Positions 1 to 8,950 are shown, numbered from the stretch's first letter. The stretch is DNA of 34,291 bases from a bacterium (GCA_041497675.1 JBGQGY010000027.1:1-34291); one strand, 5' to 3'. Program-made: numbers and translations. Notes: generated by a model not told the origin, from the sequence alone.

Positions 1-1
1 A

Positions 2-1972
2 TTTCCACACGACGCCGCGCTGTCGCCCGACGGCGGCCGCGTTCTCTACGTTCTCGCCCGGCTGGATGAGAGCAGCAATGAATTCCGGGGGAACCTGTGG
101 ATCACCTCGACCACCGGGACGCCGCCGCGCCCTTTCACCGCCGACGAAGGCCGCGACACCTCTCCCGTCTGGTCGCCCGATGGCCGTTGGGTCGCGTTTC
201 TCTCGAACCGCGGCGCCAGGCGGATGGGCCGGAAAAAGGCCGCCATGCAGTTATGGGTGATGCCGGTGGACGGTGGGGAGGCCCGGCAGTTGACATTCTT
301 CAAGGCCGGGGTGGCTCAGCCGGGCTGGTCAACCGATGGGCGCCACCTGACGTTCGTGTCTCGCGGCTCGCTGGATCGCCGCGAGACCAAAGCCGATGAC
401 GAGGACCTCATCGTCCGCGAGATCACGCGTCCCAAGTACAAGTTCGACGCCATGGGTTTCCTAGAGGGATTCGCGCACATCTGGATTGTCCCGGCCGCCG
501 GCGGCGAGCCCACGCGGCTCACCGATGGCGACTACGACCATGACACGCCGGCCTACCTGCCTGGTGGGCGCGAAGTGGTGTTCATCACCAACCGCACGCG
601 GGACGCCGACTTCTCGTTCGCGCGCGACGTGTGGGCCGTTGAGGTCGAAACCGGCCGGCTGCGCCAGATCACGCACAACGCCGGCCCCTGCACGTCCGCC
701 GTGCCTTCGCCGGACGGCCGGCTGATCGCGTTTGTCGGGCACGACTTTCACGTGAAGACCGCCACCAACCTGAACGTGTGGGTCGTGCCGTCAGCGGGCG
801 GTGAGGCGCGCAACGTGACCGCCTCCCTCGACCGGTCGATCGGCAATGCGGTCGGGAGCGACGCCCGCCTGGCCCCGCTCGTCCCGCAGATTGCCTGGAC
901 GGCGGACGGGAGCGCAGTCGTGTTCAATGCGACCGACAAGGGGCGGTCGCATGTGTACCGCGTCGGCGTCGCCGAGGCCGGGGTACAGCAGCTCACCGAC
1001 GGCGTTGAGGTGATCGCCGACCTGACGGCGGCGGCAGGGTGGATCGTCTACCAGCGCATGAACCCGACGTCGATGGACGAGCTCTGGGTGCTGCCGCCGG
1101 GCGGTGAATCTCGCCGGTTGGTGGCTCCAAATGATGACCTGCTGGCGACGCTGTATGTCAACGATCCACAGCACTTCACCTACGCCGGCGTCGACGGCTG
1201 GCCGATGGACGGCTGGCTGTTGACCCCGCCGGGTTTCGACGCATCGAAGAAGTACCCGGCGATCCTGCGTATCCACGGCGGGCCGCATTCGGCCTACGGT
1301 GACACGTTCAACCACTACGTGCACTTTCTGGCCGCGCAGGGCTACGTCGTGGTCTGGACCAACCCGCGCGGGAGCCAGGGCTACGGCGAGGCCTTCACCA
1401 AAGCCGTGGTCGGCGACTGGGGCGGGAAGGACAGCCGCGACATCCTGATGGGACTCGATGCGGCCATCGCCAAAGGATTCATCGACCCCGAGCGTGTGGC
1501 GGTGACTGGAGGTTCCTACGGAGGGTTCATGACCAACTGGCTGATCACGCACACCAGCCGGTTCCGGTGCGCGATCACCGAGGTATGCGTGAGCAACCTC
1601 TACAGTTTCTGGGGGACCAGCGACGTCGGGTCGACGTGGGGCGAGATCGAATGGGGGGCGAATCCCTGGGACGATCCCGACCGGCTGTTGATGCAATCAC
1701 CGCTGGCGTTTGTGCGGAACGTGACCACCCCGGTGCTCGTGACGGCGAACGAAGAGGATCACCGGTGCCCCATAGAGCAGTCCGAGCAGTTCTACATGGC
1801 GCTGCGCAAACTCGGCAAAACGACGGCCTTCTTGCGCTTCACAGAGTCCAGCCACACGATGGCGTCCAACGGCAAACCGAAGCAGCGCCTCGAGCGGATG
1901 CGTCGGTTGCTGGCTTGGTTCAACAAGTACTTGCAACCCGCAGCCGAACCGGCGACCGTGCCGGGATCTTGA
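2..1972 (+). CDS. S9 family serine peptidase (acylaminoacyl/dipeptidyl aminopeptidase, beta-propeller plus alpha/beta hydrolase), 5'-partial
   Basis: Frame open from position 2 (FPHDAALSPDGGRV...WSPDGRWVAFLSNR, PD40-like repeats) into ORF 224..1972; IHGGPH, NPRGSQGYG, nucleophile motif GGSYGG, Asp in EEDHRC, His in ESSHTM. True start lies upstream of the window. Confidence 0.93.
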   Translation, partial: FPHDAALSPDGGRVLYVLARLDESSNEFRGNLWITSTTGTPPRPFTADEGRDTSPVWSPDGRWVAFLSNRGARRMGRKKAAMQLWVMPVDGGEARQLTFFKAGVAQPGWSTDGRHLTFVSRGSLDRRETKADDEDLIVREITRPKYKFDAMGFLEGFAHIWIVPAAGGEPTRLTDGDYDHDTPAYLPGGREVVFITNRTRDADFSFARDVWAVEVETGRLRQITHNAGPCTSAVPSPDGRLIAFVGHDFHVKTATNLNVWVVPSAGGEARNVTASLDRSIGNAVGSDARLAPLVPQIAWTADGSAVVFNATDKGRSHVYRVGVAEAGVQQLTDGVEVIADLTAAAGWIVYQRMNPTSMDELWVLPPGGESRRLVAPNDDLLATLYVNDPQHFTYAGVDGWPMDGWLLTPPGFDASKKYPAILRIHGGPHSAYGDTFNHYVHFLAAQGYVVVWTNPRGSQGYGEAFTKAVVGDWGGKDSRDILMGLDAAIAKGFIDPERVAVTGGSYGGFMTNWLITHTSRFRCAITEVCVSNLYSFWGTSDVGSTWGEIEWGANPWDDPDRLLMQSPLAFVRNVTTPVLVTANEEDHRCPIEQSEQFYMALRKLGKTTAFLRFTESSHTMASNGKPKQRLERMRRLLAWFNKYLQPAAEPATVPGS

Positions 1973-2017
1973 GTTCCAGTAAGCGTTTGACTGACCTCGT
2001 AAATCGTGGTGTACTCT

Positions 2018-2039
2018 AATGTAGACGTCTGTCTACATT
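2018..2039. promoter_or_regulatory. Perfect inverted repeat, candidate transcription-factor operator
   Basis: AATGTAGAC-gtct-GTCTACATT: 9-bp perfect arms, 4-bp spacer, in an AT-richer island, ending 3 bp upstream of a -35 hexamer. Confidence 0.6.
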
Positions 2040-2042
2040 GGG

Positions 2043-2071
2043 TTGATCTTGAAAGTCCTCGACCTTACTAT
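2043..2071 (+). promoter_or_regulatory. Sigma70-type promoter for the HTH-MFS unit
   Basis: TTGATC (2043-2048), 17-bp spacer, TACTAT (2066-2071). A weaker upstream match TTGACT-19bp-TACTCT (1987-2017) also exists. Confidence 0.65.
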
Positions 2072-2077
2072 GCCTCA

Positions 2078-2225
2078 GCGGGAACTCCGGGTCCGGACCG
2101 ACCCCTCGCCGGCGGCACTGCACCACATAGCGTTGCTCCGTGCTGCGCACCTGGTCCACCCTGCGGACCGACCGCGCCCGCGCCGCGGCTGCCGAGTGGC
2201 TGGAGTTCGTTCATGCTTAGGGAGG
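2078..2225 (+). ncRNA. Candidate structured 5' leader RNA, family not recognised
   Basis: Closing stem GAACTCCGG (2082-2090)/CTGGAGTTC (2200-2208); inner stems CGGCGGC (2110-2116)/GCTGCCG (2188-2194), GCAC (2120-2123)/GTGC (2140-2143), GGTCC (2153-2157)/GGACC (2165-2169); lies between the predicted start site and the SD GGAGG. Confidence 0.35.
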
Positions 2226-2233
2226 ATCGCGCA

Positions 2234-2452
2234 ATGACGTCCCGCGGCACGCTGGTCGATCACGAGATTCTCACCGTGGAGCAGGCGGCCGAGTACCTTC
2301 AGGTACACAAGATGACCGTGTATCGGTACATCCGTGAGGGGATGTTGCCTGCCGCAAAACTCGGCAAGATGTACCGGCTCTTTCGCCGCGATGTCGAGGC
2401 CTTTGTCGCCGCGATGAAGCATCAGCCGGGGGTCGAACCGTCCCGCAAGTAG
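2234..2452 (+). CDS. Excisionase-like (HTH_17/BldC-type) small DNA-binding protein, 72 aa
   Basis: ILTVEQAAEYLQVHKMTVYRYIREGMLPAAKLGKMYRLFRRDVEAF fits the family pattern; SD GGAGG at 2221-2225 before ATG 2234, so the ORF-track start at 2006 is too far upstream. Confidence 0.88.
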   Translation: MTSRGTLVDHEILTVEQAAEYLQVHKMTVYRYIREGMLPAAKLGKMYRLFRRDVEAFVAAMKHQPGVEPSRK

Positions 2453-2453
2453 C

Positions 2454-3701
2454 GTGGCCAGTCTCGCCGCAGGTTCAACCTTCAGTGCGCTGCGACACGC
2501 AAACTTCCGTCGATTTTGGTGGGGCGGGGTCGTGTCGCTGGTCGGTTCGTGGATGCAGATCACCGCGCAGTCGTGGCTTGTCTACGATTTGACGAAGTCG
2601 CCCCTGATGCTCGGCACCGTCACCTTTGCCAACACGATCCCGATGATGCTGTTGGCCCTGTTTGGCGGTGCGGTCGCGGATCGGTCGGAGAAGCGGTATT
2701 TGCTGATCGGGTCGCAGACGACCTTCATGGTGGCGGCGATCATCCTAGCTGCGCTGGTGCTCACCGGCCACGTGCTCGTCTGGCACATCCTGGCCCTTAG
2801 CGCAATGACCGGGATCGCAAGCGCCCTGGATATGCCGGCGCGGCAATCCTTGATCCCGCACCTCGTCCCGCGATCGGACATGATGAACGCCATCGCGCTG
2901 AACTCGGCCGGGTTCAACGGCTCACGTATCATCGGGCCGGCGATCGCGGGGCTCGTGATCGAGCACTTGGGCGGACGGACCGGGGCGGGCTGGTGTTTCG
3001 CGATCAATGCGGTATCGTACCTCGCGGTGATCGGCGCGCTGACGAAGTTGGATGTCAACTCGCGGCTCGAGATCGCCGACCGCCACAACATGCTGAGCGA
3101 CGTGCGGGAGGGAGTCGGGTTCGCCTGGCGGCACCCCGCACTGCGGACGTACCTGCTGGCGATGGCGGTCTTTGGTGTGTTTGGGCTGTCCTATTCGGTG
3201 CTGATGCCGGTGTTTGCGCGTGATGTGCTGCGTGTCGACGCGGGGGCCTACGGGGGCATGCTGACGGCCAACGGGATCGGCGCCACGATCGGCGCGCTGG
3301 CCCTAGCCACCGTCCGCCCGGCGCGCCCGGGCATCGTGATCATCAGCATGATGGCGGCCTGCTCGGTGCTGCTCGGCGCCTTCGCCTCGAGTACGGCGTA
3401 TGGGCTCTCGCTGGCGCTGATGGTCGGAGTCGGCGGGACGATGGTGGGCTACATGTCGCTGAGCAACACCACGATTCAGTCGATGGTGCCGGATGCGCTG
3501 CGCGGCCGCATCATGAGCATCTACATCCTCTCATTTTTCGGGACGGCGCCGATTGGGGGGCTCGTGATGGGCTCGCTCGCACAGGCCCTGGGGGCGCAGG
3601 CGGCCGTGTTTGCGGGCGCGGCCGTGTGTGCGCTGTGCGCCATCGTTGTGTGGGCCACAGCCCGCGACGTGTACCGGGCGGCCCCCGTGACCATCGGCTA
3701 G
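2454..3701 (+). CDS. MFS transporter (MFS_3 / H+-antiporter type)
   Basis: ALRHANFRRFW...SLVGSWMQITAQSWLVYDLT, GGAVADR, DMPARQS, NAIALNS..FN.SRIIGPAIAG, VPDALRGRIMS; about 12 hydrophobic segments; starts 1 bp after the HTH stop. Confidence 0.92.
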   Translation: MASLAAGSTFSALRHANFRRFWWGGVVSLVGSWMQITAQSWLVYDLTKSPLMLGTVTFANTIPMMLLALFGGAVADRSEKRYLLIGSQTTFMVAAIILAALVLTGHVLVWHILALSAMTGIASALDMPARQSLIPHLVPRSDMMNAIALNSAGFNGSRIIGPAIAGLVIEHLGGRTGAGWCFAINAVSYLAVIGALTKLDVNSRLEIADRHNMLSDVREGVGFAWRHPALRTYLLAMAVFGVFGLSYSVLMPVFARDVLRVDAGAYGGMLTANGIGATIGALALATVRPARPGIVIISMMAACSVLLGAFASSTAYGLSLALMVGVGGTMVGYMSLSNTTIQSMVPDALRGRIMSIYILSFFGTAPIGGLVMGSLAQALGAQAAVFAGAAVCALCAIVVWATARDVYRAAPVTIG

Positions 3702-4000
3702 CGCCAGCCGTGGCGCTTCAGGTCGACGATCCCGTTCTTGAATCGTACGCCTTCATGCGCGAGCCGGCGGCGCTGCTCCGCGGCCGCACGGCGCAGCGCA
3801 ATCGTGCCATCACCGCGGATCACGCGCCACCACGGCGCCGCTTCAGCGGTGGGGAGGGAATGGAGGGCCCAACCAACGGTGCGCGCGCCGTTGCGGAGGC
3901 CGGCGAGCCGGGCCACGTCGCCATACGTCGTGACCCGCCCGCGCGGGATGCGGCGGACAAGCGCGTAAATCCGCGGGAAGACCGAGTCCCGCGGCGACAC
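3698..4000 (-). CDS. Alkyltransferase-like protein (ATL/YbaZ type; MGMT family lacking the catalytic Cys)
   Basis: IPRGRVTTYGDVARLAG...ARTVGWAL...PWWRV (Trp at the PCHRV cysteine position)...QRRRLAHEGV. Confidence 0.9.
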   Translation of the reverse strand: MSPRDSVFPRIYALVRRIPRGRVTTYGDVARLAGLRNGARTVGWALHSLPTAEAAPWWRVIRGDGTIALRRAAAEQRRRLAHEGVRFKNGIVDLKRHGWR

Positions 4001-4001
4001 C

Positions 4002-4763
4002 TCAGGAGCCTGAGGGTTTTCCGCTCAGCTTCCGCCAGAGCCAGAGCACCGGATCGTAGTAGCGGTCGACGATGCGCTCTTTGAGCGGGATGATCGCGTT
4101 ATCCGTGATGTGAATGTCCTCGGGGCAGACTTCCGTGCAGCACTTGGTGATGTTGCAGAAACCGATGCCCGCATCTTGTTTGATCTGTTCGGTGCGGTCC
4201 GCCGTGTCGAGCGGGTGCATTTCCAGCGACGCCAGCAGCACGAAGAAGCGGGGACCGGCGAACTTCGGTTTGTTCTCGTCGTGGTCTCTGATGACGTGGC
4301 ACACGTCCTGGCACAAGAAGCACTCGATGCACTTGCGGAACTCCTGCACCCGGTCGATGTCTTCTTGTAGCATCCGCCGCGTGCCGTCTGCCGCCTTCGG
4401 CCCCGGGGTGAACGGCGTCACCTCCTTGGCCTTCTCATAATTCCACGAGACATCGGTGACGAGGTCCCTGATCACCGGGAACGCCTTCATCGGCGTGACG
4501 ACGACCGGATTGTCCGCCGGCAGGCTCTCCACGGCGGTCATGCAGGTCAAACACGGCTTGCCGTTGACCTCGGCGCTGCAGGAGCCGCATTTGCCGGCTT
4601 TGCAGTTCCAGCGCACGGCGAGATCCGGCGCCTGGGTGGCCTGGATGTGGTGCAGCGCGTCGAGGACGACCATGCCTTCAAAGACCGGCACGGTGTAGTC
4701 GTGAAATTCGCCCCCGCCGGCATCGCCGCGCCAGACCCGCAGGTTGCGATCGGGGGTCGCCAT
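4002..4763 (-). CDS. sdhB: Succinate dehydrogenase/fumarate reductase iron-sulfur subunit
   Basis: CKAGKCGSC...C ([2Fe-2S]), CIECFLCQDVC and CNITKCCTEVCP; start overlaps the sdhA stop (TAATG). Confidence 0.95.
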   Translation of the reverse strand: MATPDRNLRVWRGDAGGGEFHDYTVPVFEGMVVLDALHHIQATQAPDLAVRWNCKAGKCGSCSAEVNGKPCLTCMTAVESLPADNPVVVTPMKAFPVIRDLVTDVSWNYEKAKEVTPFTPGPKAADGTRRMLQEDIDRVQEFRKCIECFLCQDVCHVIRDHDENKPKFAGPRFFVLLASLEMHPLDTADRTEQIKQDAGIGFCNITKCCTEVCPEDIHITDNAIIPLKERIVDRYYDPVLWLWRKLSGKPSGS

Positions 4764-6565
4764 TACCGCTTCTCCTCCAACAGGGGCGTGAGATCCTTGG
4801 ACATCTGGGGCACTGGCTCATTCGTCAGCTGGAACTGGCCGTTGACCTTTTTCACGATGACGTTCCGCTTACCCCAGACTGGATCGACGTTGGGAAAGTC
4901 CACGCGACTGTGACCGCCGCGCGTCTCCTTGCGCTCCAAGGCCGCCATCGTGACGACTTCGGCCACCGTGAGCATCGAGTAGAGATCGCGGCTGAGATGG
5001 TACCCGGGATTGTATGCGGCCGTGCCGGTGACCCGCACCTGCTGCGCGCGGCGCTTGAAGACGGCGATCTCGTCCAGGGCCTTCTTGAGCCCCGCCTCGT
5101 CACGATAAATGCCGACGTGCTCCTGCATGCACTCTTGCAGCGCCCGCTGGATGTCATACGGGTTCTCGTTGCCGCTCCGCTCGAACGGGGCGAGGAGCAT
5201 TCGGGCTGCGTCCTCGGCCTGCGTCAGATCGGCTGTGGGCCGGGTCGCAAGACTCTTCACGTACTGCCCCGCACCCAGACCGGCCCGCCGGCCGAAGACG
5301 ATCAGATCGGAGAGCGAGTTGCCACCGAGGCGGTTCGCGCCGTGCAGACCTCCCGCGACTTCGCCGGCGGCGAACAGACCGGACAGCGTGGAGGCCGCTG
5401 AATCCGCATCCACACGCACGCCGCCCATACTGTAGTGGCAGGTGGGATAGACTTCCATGGGCTCTTTGGTAATGTCGAGGCCCGCCAGGTTCTTGAACTG
5501 GTGGTACATGGACGGCAGCCGCTTCTTGATGTCTTCGGCCGAACGCCGCGTGGCGATATCCAGGAAGACGCCTCCATGCGGGCTGCCGCGACCGGCCTTG
5601 ACCTCGGCGTAGATCGCGCGCGTGACCTCGTCGCGGGGGAGCAACTCGGGCGGCCGGCGGTTGTTCTTCTTATCGGTGCGCCAGCGTTCGGCCTCCTCGA
5701 TGGTGTCCGCGGTTTCCGCGCGGAAGAACTCCGGAATGTGCTCGAACATGAACCGCTTGCCCTGGGCGTTGCGCAGGATGCCGCCGTCACCGCGGACGCC
5801 TTCGGTGACGAGGAGGCCGCGCGCGCTCGGAGGCCAGACCATACCGGTCGGGTGAAACTGCACCATCTCCACATCGATGAGCTCCGCGCCGGCATCCACC
5901 GCGAGCGCGATCCCATCGCCCGTGCTCTCCCAGGACATCGACGTGTACTTCCAGACTTTCCCGAACCCGCCGGTGGCCAGCACGACGGCCGGGCACCGGA
6001 ACACCATTAGGCCGCCGGTGGCGCGCCGATACCCAAACGCGCCGCTGACCCGGGTGCCATCGGTCAGCAGCCGCGTGACGGTGCACTCCATAAAGACGTC
6101 CACATTCAGGTAGATGAGTCGATATTGCAGGGTGCGGATCAATTCCAGGCCTGTGCGGTCGCCGACGTGAGCCAGCCGCGCGTAGCGGTGCCCTCCGAAG
6201 TCGCGCTGCAGGATCAGACCGTCTTTAGTGCGATCGAATACCGCGCCCCACTCCTCGAGCTCCAGGACCCGATCGGGCGCTTCTCTGGCGAAGATCTCCG
6301 CCATGCGCGGGTTGTTAATCAGCTTGCCTCCGCGCATCGTGTCGCGGAAATGCACGGACCAGTTATCCTCGGACCACACCGTGCCGAGCGCGGCCGCAAT
6401 ACCACCCTCGGCCATGACCGTGTGCGCTTTGCCCAGCAACGATTTGCAGATGATGGCGGTGCGCGCCCCCTGGGCGGCCGCCTCAATGGCCGCGCGCAAC
6501 CCGGCGCCGCCCGCCCCGATGACCACGACGTCGTAGTCGTGTGTTTCGTATGGCCCGGCGGCCAT
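4763..6565 (-). CDS. sdhA: Succinate dehydrogenase/fumarate reductase flavoprotein subunit, 600 aa
   Basis: VVIGAGGAG, KAHTVMAEGG (FAD-linking His), QFHPTG, TEGVRGDGG, CHYSMGG, LHGANRLGGNSL, ETRGGH. Start reassigned to ATG 6565, overlapping the upstream stop (TGATG). Confidence 0.96.
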   Translation of the reverse strand: MAAGPYETHDYDVVVIGAGGAGLRAAIEAAAQGARTAIICKSLLGKAHTVMAEGGIAAALGTVWSEDNWSVHFRDTMRGGKLINNPRMAEIFAREAPDRVLELEEWGAVFDRTKDGLILQRDFGGHRYARLAHVGDRTGLELIRTLQYRLIYLNVDVFMECTVTRLLTDGTRVSGAFGYRRATGGLMVFRCPAVVLATGGFGKVWKYTSMSWESTGDGIALAVDAGAELIDVEMVQFHPTGMVWPPSARGLLVTEGVRGDGGILRNAQGKRFMFEHIPEFFRAETADTIEEAERWRTDKKNNRRPPELLPRDEVTRAIYAEVKAGRGSPHGGVFLDIATRRSAEDIKKRLPSMYHQFKNLAGLDITKEPMEVYPTCHYSMGGVRVDADSAASTLSGLFAAGEVAGGLHGANRLGGNSLSDLIVFGRRAGLGAGQYVKSLATRPTADLTQAEDAARMLLAPFERSGNENPYDIQRALQECMQEHVGIYRDEAGLKKALDEIAVFKRRAQQVRVTGTAAYNPGYHLSRDLYSMLTVAEVVTMAALERKETRGGHSRVDFPNVDPVWGKRNVIVKKVNGQFQLTNEPVPQMSKDLTPLLEEKR

Positions 6566-7344
6566 CAGAAGATCCTCAGGTCGGTAATGATTCCCATGGA
6601 CACCAGGCGAACGTACAGGTCGGCGAGCCCGACGCCGACCAAGCTCACCCAGGCGATGGCGCCGTGTCGCTCGTTCAGCCGCGTGACGACGCGCCACAAC
6701 CACTGGCGCCGCGGCGAGCGGGAGAACACGTCGACCGCCCCGCCACAGATGTGACGGCACGAGTGGCACGAGAACGTGAACAGGGACAAGAGCGCCGCGT
6801 TCGTCAACAGGACGAGGGTCCCGACTCCGAGGCCAAACCCGCTGGGAAAGCGAAACGCTATCAATACATCCCACCAGAGGAACGCGACAACGACGATGGA
6901 GAGCCAGAAGAAGTAGCGATGCAGGTTCTGGACGAGCCACGGCGCGCGGGTCTCACCCGTATAGGTTTTGGACCGGTCCGGCACGGCGCAGGCGGGCGGC
7001 GCCCAGAAGAACGCTCGATAGTAGGCCTTGCGATAGTAGTAGCAGGTCGCCCGTAACCCACCAGGGATCCACAGGACCAGGAATGCGGGAGACAGCGTCC
7101 ACCACCGGCCCACGAGCGGCAGCGAGACGTGCGCGCAGGTCGCGGATAGGCAGGGTGAGTAGAAGGGCGAGAGGTAGGGCGCCGCAAAGTAGTGCGCGTT
7201 CTGCAGGGCGGCCCACGTCGCGTAGACCGTGAATCCCCCCAACAGCGCGATCGTCGGCAGGATTTCTAGCCACCAGGGGTCGCGCCGCAGCGTCGGCCCG
7301 AGCACCACAGAGCCGCGCTGATCACGCAGCCATCGGATCACCAT
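6565..7344 (-). CDS. Succinate dehydrogenase membrane anchor of mycobacterial Sdh1 (type F) kind, probable Rieske-type Fe-S site
   Basis: Hydrophobic 259 aa protein coupled to sdhA; motifs YLSPFYSPC, RATCYYYRKAYYRAF..PPACAV, NLHRYFF, SCHSCRH..GG, LNERH recalled from the Rv0249c-like family. Confidence 0.82.
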   Translation of the reverse strand: MVIRWLRDQRGSVVLGPTLRRDPWWLEILPTIALLGGFTVYATWAALQNAHYFAAPYLSPFYSPCLSATCAHVSLPLVGRWWTLSPAFLVLWIPGGLRATCYYYRKAYYRAFFWAPPACAVPDRSKTYTGETRAPWLVQNLHRYFFWLSIVVVAFLWWDVLIAFRFPSGFGLGVGTLVLLTNAALLSLFTFSCHSCRHICGGAVDVFSRSPRRQWLWRVVTRLNERHGAIAWVSLVGVGLADLYVRLVSMGIITDLRIF

Positions 7345-7348
7345 CGTG

Positions 7349-8767
7349 CTACCCTCCGCCTGGGATCCCGCGCACGCCGGGTTCTGTCATGGCCGCGGCG
7401 TCGAGGATTTCTTCCAGTTGCGCTGCCGTGAGCTTGGTGCGCACCAGGGCGACCTCGCGCACGGTTTTGCCTGTACGTGCCGCTTCCTTGGCAATCTCCG
7501 CCGCCGCATCGTACCCGATGGCCGGCGCCAGCGCGGTGGCCAGCATCAACCCGCGTTCGACCGACTGGGGTCCGGCCTCCGTCGCCTGCAACCCCGTCAC
7601 GCACTGTCGTGCGAAATTGCGTGAGACCGCGGCGAGCAGGCGGATCGATGACAGCAGGTTGTGCGCCATCACGGGCATCATGGTGTTGAGCTCGAAGCTG
7701 CCCCACTGATTACCCACGCCGACGACGACGTCGTTGCCGATCACCTGGGCGCACGCCTGGAGCACCGATTCGGTGATGACCGGGTTCACCTTGCCGGGCA
7801 TGATCGACGAGCCCGGCTGCACGGCGGGCAGCGCCAGTTCCCCCAGACCCGCGCGCGGGCCCGAACCCATCCAGCGAATGTCGTTGGCAATCTTCGTGAG
7901 CCCGGTCGCATACGCGCGCAACACGCCGGAGGCAAACGTCGCGGCATCGAGACACGCCTGCGCCTGGAAGTGGGCCTTCGTTTCGTGGAGCGGAATGCCG
8001 GTGAGCGCGGTCAGCCGGGCGCAGACACGGGCGGCGAACTCGGGGTGGGCGTTGATCCCCGAGCCCACCGCGGTGCCGCCCAGCGCGACCTCGCTGAGCT
8101 CGGTTTCGGCATACCCCAGCCGCCGCCGTGCACCGGCCGTCTGATCCGCGTAGCCCTCGAACTCCTGACCCAGACGCACCGGTGTGGCATCCATCAGATG
8201 GGTCCGACCGGTCTTGATGATCCCGTGGAACGCTTTGGCCTTGTCGCGTAGCGCGCCTTCGAGCTCATCAATCGCCGGCCGCAGCTCCTCGCGCACCACG
8301 AGCAACGCCGCCAGGTGGATGGCCGTCGGGATGACATCGTTGCTGGACTGGCAGATGTTGACGTGATCGTTGGGGTGGACCGTCTTGGCGCCGCGGGCCG
8401 CCCCCAACAGCTCAGCGGCGCGGTTGGCGATCACCTCATTGGCGTTCATGTTCGTCGATGTGCCCGATCCTGTTTGGTAGATATCGAGCGGGAACTCGAC
8501 ATCGAACGTTCCGTCCGCGACTTCCTGGGCCGCGCGGATGACAGCGTCGGCGATCTTCCGATCGAGCAGCCCGAGATCGGCGTTGACCTCGGCGGCCGCC
8601 CGCTTGATCAATCCCAAGGCCCTGATGAACTCGCGTGGAAATCTGAGACCGCTGATGGGGAAGTTTTGAACCGCCCGCGCCGTCTGCGCGCCGTAAAACG
8701 CCTCGGCGGGAACCTCCATCGGGCCCAGCGAATCGCGCTCGCTGCGCGTCTTGGCATCTGGCGTCAT
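7349..8767 (-). CDS. fumC: Class II fumarate hydratase
   Basis: YGAQTARA..NF, QTGSGTSTNMNANEV, HPNDHVN..QSSND, KTGRTHLMDATP, GSSIMPGKVNP signature. Confidence 0.96.
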   Translation of the reverse strand: MTPDAKTRSERDSLGPMEVPAEAFYGAQTARAVQNFPISGLRFPREFIRALGLIKRAAAEVNADLGLLDRKIADAVIRAAQEVADGTFDVEFPLDIYQTGSGTSTNMNANEVIANRAAELLGAARGAKTVHPNDHVNICQSSNDVIPTAIHLAALLVVREELRPAIDELEGALRDKAKAFHGIIKTGRTHLMDATPVRLGQEFEGYADQTAGARRRLGYAETELSEVALGGTAVGSGINAHPEFAARVCARLTALTGIPLHETKAHFQAQACLDAATFASGVLRAYATGLTKIANDIRWMGSGPRAGLGELALPAVQPGSSIMPGKVNPVITESVLQACAQVIGNDVVVGVGNQWGSFELNTMMPVMAHNLLSSIRLLAAVSRNFARQCVTGLQATEAGPQSVERGLMLATALAPAIGYDAAAEIAKEAARTGKTVREVALVRTKLTAAQLEEILDAAAMTEPGVRGIPGGG

Positions 8768-8851
8768 AGGGGTCTCGATGGTGTGGGCAAAGCCCTCACA
8801 AGATCAACATACGCTGGGGGGTGGATTCGGTACCCGCGCACGGCGTTCCTG

Positions 8852-8880
8852 TTGCTGCCCCCCAGGCTTTACGCTAGAGT
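8852..8880 (+). promoter_or_regulatory. Candidate sigma70 promoter for icd
   Basis: TTGCTG (8852-8857), 17-bp spacer, TAGAGT (8875-8880) in the divergent fumC/icd spacer. Confidence 0.45.
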
Positions 8881-8950
8881 TGAATAGGATTTCCCGCAAC
8901 ACGCACCTAACCCGCGCCACGCGCGCCAACAGTCACGAGGACGGTGACAG

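Noticed and set aside
2079..2122. GGGAA-TCCGG..CCGGA-CCC..ACTG resembles the 5' core of a cobalamin riboswitch
   Set aside because: No T-loop between the paired arms, no B12 box downstream, and the downstream genes are not B12-related.
2043..2237. 64-aa ORF overlapping the HTH start (ATGA) as a leader peptide
   Set aside because: Its start codons (2043, 2070) fall within the predicted promoter hexamers, there is no SD, and the peptide looks like GC-rich noise.
6566..6940. 125-aa N-terminal extension of SdhA in the ORF track
   Set aside because: It overlaps the anchor gene in another frame; family similarity begins at ATG 6565.
8783..8803. TCTTGTGA before fumC (minus strand) and before the ATPase G gene, and TGTGA before nuoA, as Rex or CRP sites
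   Set aside because: Half-sites only; the matching TCACA arm is absent in all three.
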